64,000 nt of DNA from Octopus vulgaris (taxonomy: Eukaryota). This document shows positions 55,159 through 64,000 of the stretch, piece by piece. The first letter of the stretch is position 1, and every line of letters starts with the position of its first letter. A model generated the notes under the pieces. That model did no database searches and was not told where the DNA came from. It was given only the letters and a program-made list of their open reading frames with translations. The DNA lies in NCBI GenBank assembly GCA_951406725.2, contig OX597819.1, positions 133,796,001-133,860,000 of the forward strand, given 5' to 3'. Both the position numbers and the translations under genes were made by a program.

Positions 55159-55310
55159 ATATATATATGTATATATACATATATATTTATATATTTATAT
55201 ATTTATATATATATATATATACATATATATGTATATATATATATACATATATATACATGTACATGTATATATATATACACTTACACACACACATACAAAT
55301 ACACACACAC

Positions 55311-55378
<68 letters not shown>

Positions 55379-55548
55379 GCATATATACATTTATATTAGT
55401 ATGTGTTTGTGTTCTTGTATGCGTGTTTCCTTACAGTTGCTTTTTACTCGAAATTTACACGTGCTTCCTCTATCAGTCATGTTGAAATCACATGTGCATA
55501 TGTATGTTTCTATATGTGTGTATGTATGGTATGTGTGTGTCTGTGTGT

Positions 55549-55593
<45 letters not shown>

Positions 55594-56148
55594 ATAACCA
55601 AATTATAAAATTATGTAGAAACTCACATCTTTATAATAGTGTCATTGGTGATGGCTTGACTACTTCTTCATAGGAAAAAAGAACATAAAATAAACGACTG
55701 GGTTGGCCACCGGAGATATTTATACATAACGAATAAACAAAGAATGTAACAAAGGATGAAATAGCAGGCACAATGTCTGCATTATGGAATCAGAAAACAG
55801 GATTTATCGGTCGCAAAACTCTTTGTTTGCTGACAAGTGAGAGATTAATTAAAACATGACGCCACCAGCAGACAGGGGTTTGGGACTAAAGACAGAGGAA
55901 ATCAAACACTAGAAGAGTAATAAATCCAACCGAAACATAATAACAGAAGTATAATCCACGTCTAAAAAGACAAAACTGAAATACATAGAGAAAGCCAGGC
56001 GCATATTGACTTGGGCAAATGTTCCCACAGAGAAACTGGCACAGAACTACAACAATAAATATTCACCGCAAGTCTCCAGGCATTTATTGGCATCTGCTTA
56101 CACAGCAGGAGCATACTTTTTATACATATCTAAAGACACAGGTACACT

Positions 56149-56195
<47 letters not shown>

Positions 56196-56220
56196 ACACA
56201 TACATGCATCATACATACCT

Positions 56221-56254
<34 letters not shown>

Positions 56255-56433
56255 AGGGATCGAGGTGTGGGAAGAAAGTTAGCTTCAACCAGTTCGTAGT
56301 ACATGTAGAAAAACAACTTTCAGGGGCAATAATATTTTATTGGGACGGAATCTTGTGAATCTTATTTTGTTTTCGCCTCGAGCTACGATAAACTGAAGGT
56401 AGGCAACCAAGTTTGCTGTGTGTGCGAATAAGA

Positions 56434-56660
56434 ATACAAGAGCAAAAGAATGCAGTAGATTAAATCTGGGTTACATATGTACCATAGCGAGCGAAACCCG
56501 AGAAGTGGTAAATATCCAAGCGATGTACATACTGCAGGCTACTCTTCAGGTTTCGCCTGCGGTATACACCTCGGTTGGATATCGACCACTTCTCGGGTTT
56601 CGCTCGCTATGATACATATGTAGTCCGGACATTATCTACTGCATTCCTTAACTCTTGTAT
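56434..56660. repeat. Long palindromic fold-back element (~105-bp arms, 15-nt loop)
   Basis: Includes a perfect 27-bp match CATAGCGAGCGAAACCCGAGAAGTGGT / ACCACTTCTCGGGTTTCGCTCGCTATG. Confidence 0.92.
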
Positions 56661-56784
56661 ATATAAATATATATATATATATGTGTGTGTATATGTACAT
56701 ATATAGAGAGATAGATAGATAGATATATACACGTATATATGTATATATGTATATATATAGATAGATAGATAGATAGATAGATAT

Positions 56785-56819
<35 letters not shown>

Positions 56820-56867
56820 CACGTACTATGTATATATGTATATATATAGATAGATAGATAGATAGAT

Positions 56868-56898
<31 letters not shown>

Positions 56899-56964
56899 TA
56901 GATACACGTATATATGTATATATGTATATATATACCTATATATATATATATATATATATATACC

Positions 56965-58138
56965 TTCTGGCATCCAGAGGTGTGCACAGACGTATAGGCA
57001 GAATATTTGGTGGAGGTTCGTTTTCCATGCGTTAGCAGATGAGATTTGAGGCCAGCAAAAGGCAGCCATGGTCTGTCTCAGACTGCACAAAAGAAAGGTC
57101 ATCGTCATTCACCTTCTCGATCGTTACATTCTTCCTTAGATCTCTTTTGAGTCTTACGTGTGTTATCCCGGCCTCTTCAGATGCTTTCACTCCACTCCAC
57201 ACCTTTGTTCGCCATCCAACTCGATCCGAAGCAAGGGTTTCTATATCTTCTGGAACCATTCCAAGTGACTTCATAATAGTCCTTATGTCATCTTTAAACC
57301 TTTTTTTAGGTTTACGCCGACAGCGTTTCCTCTCTGCAAGCTCACCATAAAACAGCTGTTTCCGTTCATCTGCCATTCGAGCAATATGGCCACACCATCT
57401 CAATTGGCTCTTCAAAATCATAGCTTTAATTGATTGATGCTCGCAGATGCAAGGACATCTGTGTTTGGAGGAAAAGAACTCCATTTAATTTTTAAAATGC
57501 AATGAAAGCATTTTTATTTGAATTGTTCTAACAATTTAAAACGACTTTCATAACAAGTCCAAGTTTCACAGGAATACAACGGGGATGGTATGACAAATGA
57601 TTTATAAAGAGCCAGCTTTGTATTCTTATTTATATGTCACTTGCGCCAAACGCGGGACTCCAAGCCACCAAATGCCTTTGCTGCCCTTTGAATTTGCAGC
57701 TGTATTTCTGTATCAAGATTTCCATCATTTTGAACAGAGCATCCAAGGTAGACGAACGAATCGACAACCTCAAGTAACTTTCCCTTAAAAATTTCCGGGG
57801 GGTTACAAACAGCACCACACGCAGGATGATGTATTACAACTGTTTTTATTTTTCAAGTTTATGGTCAAGCAAAAATCATCACAAATCGAGTCAAATGCAG
57901 ATACAAGAGATTGCAGAACTCTTTCAGAATGACTGACAAGACAGCAATGGTCAGCATACAAAAGTTCCCTAATGAGTGAAGTAAAAACCTTCGTTTTGAA
58001 TTTCAGTCTGGCCAGATTAAAAACACTCCCTGTTCGATATTTTATGTAAATACCCGCCTTAGAATTTTGAAAAGCATGTGACAACACAACAGTAAAGTAT
58101 ATTGCAAAGAGCGTGGGTGCATCAAGGTCTCCTTGCTT
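56965..58138 (-). mobile_element. RTE (BovB-like) LINE 3' half, 5'-truncated
   Basis: KQGDLDAPTLFAIYF, YRTGSVFNLARLK, IRELLYADH, LTINLK, QLRWCGHIARM, KQLFYGEL, KPKKRFKD, ETLASDRVGWR. Confidence 0.92.
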
Positions 58139-58354
58139 TTATGTATTTATTTTCATTCTGATGAAGCTCCATGTATTAAGATCAAATGTGCTATAAAGAT
58201 GACGAATAATATTTTCGGAATTTTTTTGTAAGCACCTACTGACATTGGCAGCCGAAACAGCCGTAAGAAGTGTTATGCTTGGTATTAAAAAATAATAAAC
58301 TGATGTCGGTCAATTTGTTTGTTGATCTAAAGTTTTTCCATTTTCTGATTATTT

Positions 58355-58390
<36 letters not shown>

Positions 58391-58393
<3 letters not shown>

Positions 58394-60032
58394 TAATAAT
58401 AATAATATTAGGGAGTAAATCCAAACTTACAGGGGAAAATTAGATTTAGGATTAAATCAATTTTATAGTATAAATATATTTATTAAATTAGAGATAAAAC
58501 CACTATTAGGCAAATCAAACAGTGAAAATCATAAACCAATACATAGAAATAAAATTAATTAATAAAAAATATATATAAAATATAAAATTCAAAATTTTAA
58601 TTATTTAAATTAATAATTTATACTTATAAATTTATATATATATATATTTTTTATTATTATTTTTTTTATTAATATATATAACTATCAAAATGTATTAAAA
58701 GTTTAATGTAAGATAAAGAGTAAAACCACTACGATCGTTTCATGCCCATAAATCAATTCGAATAACAATAATTTAAATTCAATTAATAATTCGAATTATG
58801 GTTATAGTCAATCTTCAGGTTAATTATAATATTTAAATAAATAATCAGAAATATTTAAACAATATTTTTAAAGAAATAAATAAAATAAGAATTTTTCTTA
58901 TAAAAAACTCTATTATCAAACTAGAAACTTAACGATTATTATTATGTCGATTATAATGTTAAATATTAATTTTTAAGTATTAATTTTTAAGGTAAGAAAC
59001 CCACAAATGATCTAATATCAGTTATAGTCAATATCAAATTACATACATATTTTGCCAAAAAAAATGACTATTCATATTATTAAATATAATTTCAAGTCAA
59101 ATAATTATATAATATTTGAATAATAAATAAATTATCAATGAACATATATAAATGTATATAAATATTAGAATTAAGATCTAAAATTATCTCTATCAATAAA
59201 TATATATGCACGTATAATAAAGACCTAATAAATTAATTATTCATTATTACTTATAAAAATATTAAACGATTAAAAGATTAAAGATGAAATAGCTAATTGT
59301 AAAAAACAAACAAACAATCTTAAACGAACGCTATAACAAATTAACGCACTATATATCTCTTTGGCTAACTAATAACTTACAAAACTCGTATAGTTAAAAT
59401 AGAATAATAAAATGCTTAATGAAATAATCAATCCGTAGTTAAATAGTATCAAATAAATACTACAAAAGTATTTATCGATGGGAAGAATATTGCTACCAAT
59501 TATCGATTTAAAAAAGAACAATATACAAGTTATAATAACAATTATAAGAAATTTAAAATAACTATCAACAAATGTAGTTAGTTATGACTAAAATGTATGC
59601 TATCAATACATTTATATACATGAAACCTAACTTTAAACAACTCGTATAATTGTTAAAGATCTATATATCTCTTTGGCTAAGTAAAGTCTTACGAATAAAC
59701 GTAAAGTTAATATCTAATAATTATATAGAAAAAATTACGATAATTAGATCAATATTTATATAAAAAAACAATATTATACCATAAGACTTATTAAAATATT
59801 TAAAATATTTAAATTTTAAAATTTAAAAATCTTAAATATAAATATATACTTAGCTTTGCGAGGTTTTGTGATATAAATTTAAATAATTTTTTTAATTTTA
59901 ACTTTAAATTTAAATAATGTAAATTTTGAATTTTATATTTTATATATTTTTTATTAATTAATTTTATTTCTATGTATTGGTTTATGATTTTCACTGTTTG
60001 ATTTGCCTAATAGTGGTTTTATCTCTAATATA

Positions 60033-60035
<3 letters not shown>
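58391..60035. mobile_element. Extremely AT-rich element with a ~125-bp inverted repeat, between (TA)n tracts
   Basis: 58487-58611 is the reverse complement of 59907-60029; internal direct repeat CTATATATCTCTTTGGCTAA (~59349, ~59661); hammerhead-like motif on the minus strand at 58720-58825. Confidence 0.75.
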
Positions 60036-60069
<34 letters not shown>

Positions 60070-60540
60070 TAGCCTTGTTAACCCGGTAACCCAAAAATAG
60101 AGAATATTTATCAACCAATGAGCTGTTGAGCACTCACTTTCACAACTCGATATTAGCGTGTGGGGGGGGGCCGTGTTAGTGTGAGCATGTTTCTATGTCT
60201 GTGCGTGTGCTTTTGTGTCTGTATGCGCGTGTATCTGTGTGTAATTGTATGTGTGTCTGTGTGCGGGTGTGTGCGTGTATGTGTTTGTGTGCATACATAT
60301 ATATATATATGAATATGTGAATATGCATATACGCATGTATGTATACATGTGTACTAAGTGAAATTATACGAATACTTTTATCTGAAGTCGAGAACCAGCT
60401 TACCCATACGCAGTTTCGGATAAATGTTATTTCACCATTTTAGATGCGTTTCCATTAATTGCATTTACTGCCATTAATTCATTATAGATATATAGGTGTA
60501 TATGTGTCGTATGTATGTGTGTATGTATGCACACAAATAA

Positions 60541-60605
<65 letters not shown>

Positions 60606-60843
60606 TGCATGTATCCATATATATGCGTGTTCGTGTGTGTGCATGGCATATCATAAAATGTAAGTGCTATGAATAATGTAAGGACATGCAATCATTTAAT
60701 GTATAAATCAAAATAATCCATTTGAATATTTCATGTTAAAATGAACTTATTCAAGTGGATATATACATACGTGCTTTTGTATGTGTGTTTGTTATGATGT
60801 GTGTATATATATATATATGTGTGTATATATATATATATGTGTG

Positions 60844-60874
<31 letters not shown>

Positions 60875-60897
60875 GTAGGTATGTATGTATATGCGTA

Positions 60898-60964
<67 letters not shown>

Positions 60965-62529
60965 GCATAAATGTATGTATGCATGTGTGCGTTTATGAGC
61001 GTATCATAAACTATAGTTGCAGTGAATAATGTAAAAACACACCACCGTTCAAAATATAAAGAAAAGTAAATCCATTTGAATATTTCATGATTAAATATAT
61101 CATTCATGTGCTACTTTGTCTTTTCAAATGCCTAAATGCAGACTTGTGCTATTCATAATGTACACTGACTACATTAGCAAGTATTTAAATCGTCATGTCG
61201 CTTATGTATCTACACCGTTACATTGCCTTTTAGGCGATTACTGCAGCGGAAAGAATAAACGGTCGTATGAAAGTATGTTTCAAATAAAAGAATAATGATA
61301 GAGTGAACTATTTTATTCTAAGTGCAATTATGGAGTAGCGATTTTTTTTTATATAAATTGATTACATAAATGTTTTTTGTTTGAGCCAAAAATAAACATT
61401 TTCAGAAAAGGGAAAATAATTATATTGATAGAATATTTCATTAAAAGTAAAACGTTTTGTGCCAAAATTTCCATATTCGAAAAGATATCATTATTTTAAT
61501 CATATACTTGGTGCAGTATTTTAGTTTAGCTATAGCTAGTGTTCGTCATCTCTGCTGTTGGTACAGTCAACAAGACAATACATTACGGACTAAAGAAGAG
61601 AAAAAAAAACCGATTTTTAATAAACTCATTGAACTGTGTGCTTTCTCCTATTATGTATTTATCCATGTGATTCCTAACGCAGACATCAATAACTATATAG
61701 GCATGTACTTATTGTATTCAATTTCTTCGAGATAAATGCGTTTTAAAATATTCAACACAAACCCACCAACCAACACACACACATAAATTTGTTTACCTGC
61801 CATACGTTATTCTACAATATTTCCTCGATACTTTTATTCACACACAAACACGCATGCGCTTACGACGCATAACCTGCGCGCGTTCACACCACCCACCAAA
61901 TTATCGCAGACTCATTAAAAATCCACCAAAACCCACGAACCAACCCCACAAAGTTTACGCATCTACACACTTATATACACATGCATACACCCTACCAACG
62001 CACACATTCACAGTATTCTTCCTTATACATACTTCTGGAGAGAAACACTCAGGAAAGTGCTCAGGAGGAGGGTTAAAAAGCAGGTTTAATGCAGGAACCA
62101 AGAAGGAAGGAGGAAAGAGTACAGATGCATATGTCGGAATGCCTTTTGTTCATCGCTGCCACAAGAGCTTTGTTGATATTAAAGTAACTGAGAATCGCAG
62201 AACCAAACAACAGATGGATATCAACGTCGAGACTTACTACTTGACACAAGTAAAACATACATAAATGCACTCATACACACACACACACACACACTCACTC
62301 TATCTCTATCTCTCTCTCGCACACACACTCATACACAGAAATACACACACTCACACAAATACACACACATATATGTATATATATATATGTGTGTGTGTGT
62401 GTATGTGTGTGTGTGCGTTGAAATAGATACTGTGGTATATCGAGATGGTTATTGTTTTGCCAAATAAACGCACGCACTATATATTCGTTCTTCACTCCTT
62501 TATCCCAAAATACACCAAATATATATATG

Positions 62530-62592
<63 letters not shown>

Positions 62593-64000
62593 GAGTTTCC
62601 CTTTGCAGCACATAAAATATAAGCCATTGAAGGACTCCACATTCTCATCACAAGTATGTCTTTCTAATATTTCCTAATGTTCACATATATTATCAGTGTT
62701 TCCGTTGCTTTCTGTGTCGTGCACAAAATGTTTAAATAACTGCGAAAATCCAAAATATTCAACTTCAGCTATCCACTGCAGTATAAACATAATTCCTGGC
62801 TGCAATATATTCGGGATGACAATTCTATGGTATAGATTCTAGAACAACATCGGGTACGTTTCCTCTTAGAAATGGTGAATGAACCTTAGAAAGGTCTATC
62901 AGAAGTTTCCATCCCTTTTTCCATACATCGTAAGTATAGAAGGAATATGTGCGTGCTTTGGTATAATATCACCATAGCTATTTATTGATTTATATTCTAG
63001 ATCGATTTGGAATCGATTTGGTCTTCCAATAATGAGGGGTCGAAAATTTAGACGCCAATATTGTTCTGAGATTAAATCAGTTATTTTACTCCAGGCCTTC
63101 AAAATTAAGAATCGTCAGAAAGTAATCTGATCCCTAAATCAGAAGCGAATATCGAAAATATCAGAAATAATTGTGGTCATTGAAAAAGAATTAAAACTGA
63201 GACATTATCAAAGTAAAGCATATTATAAAAGCTCGTGTTTACATAAATAACCAAATACATTTTTATATCAAATATTTGTTTTAAAAGGAAGCAATGAAAT
63301 AAACTATCGCCATAGAATTTAGCTGGAATCAAAAGAAATGACCCATTAATGATACCCATAGAAATGGTGCAACATTTCAGAGAAATATCAAAATCTAATA
63401 AGGTGTGATAATCTAATAAAATGTCTTTGATGCTCCATAGAATGGAACATTTTCATTATGATGTTAGAAGACGAATCTACCGAGAGGTTTGTACATATAG
63501 CATACGTTACTTCGGTTAATATTCATAGTGGTTCCAAAGGGAAGACCGAGCATCCATTGACCGTAATATAGAAAATATATTCCTTACATTATATCAATTT
63601 TGGTTTAGCGGTTATTAGGAGAGATTATTATTGTAGTAATGTGTTCACTGTAAATACAGCTTTTGATCTTCACGTGAATATTAACTGCTATTCTCGTAAC
63701 AAAGGTTTCAGTTTACATTTTAACTAATTTTATGGTGTACCTATATTAGTAAGAGAGGATAATGGTAGCAAACGATTCACGATTGCTTCATAGCGATGTA
63801 ATTTGAAACCGAAAAAGTGTAATATATTACGCTCTGAAGGGAATGGTATATATTGGGAATCGTCCCGATATATATATATATAACTGGACATAGAAATGGT
63901 TTTGTATCTTTTTTTGTTACATCTCATATTTGTGAAACTAATATGTTTCCAATGCAATTACACCGGAATTTCAAAAGGAACATTTTTTTTCAGTGTGTTG

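Overview
AT-rich, microsatellite-dense eukaryotic non-coding DNA. The SINE families and repeat landscape look like an octopus or other coleoid cephalopod genome (inference). I find no intact host protein-coding gene; almost all long ORFs in the track are microsatellite artefacts. The window holds decayed transposons: tRNA-derived SINEs (three with target-site duplications), Penelope-like RT and GIY-YIG relics, two R4/Dong-type LINE relics (one with a nested HERO-like 3' end), two RTE LINE relics, a Tc1 element and a maT/mariner element. The main signal is RNA structure. Two ~98%-identical minus-strand repeats (19304-19506, 53137-53339) each carry an intact type I hammerhead ribozyme with a palindromic stem III and an unusually long stem II. 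About seven more degenerate hammerhead-like motifs from unrelated repeat families are present, often beside (TA)n tracts or inside inverted-repeat structures. There is also a multi-helix, possibly pseudoknotted structure in the HERO-like 3' UTR and two long fold-back palindromes. All structures were folded by eye.
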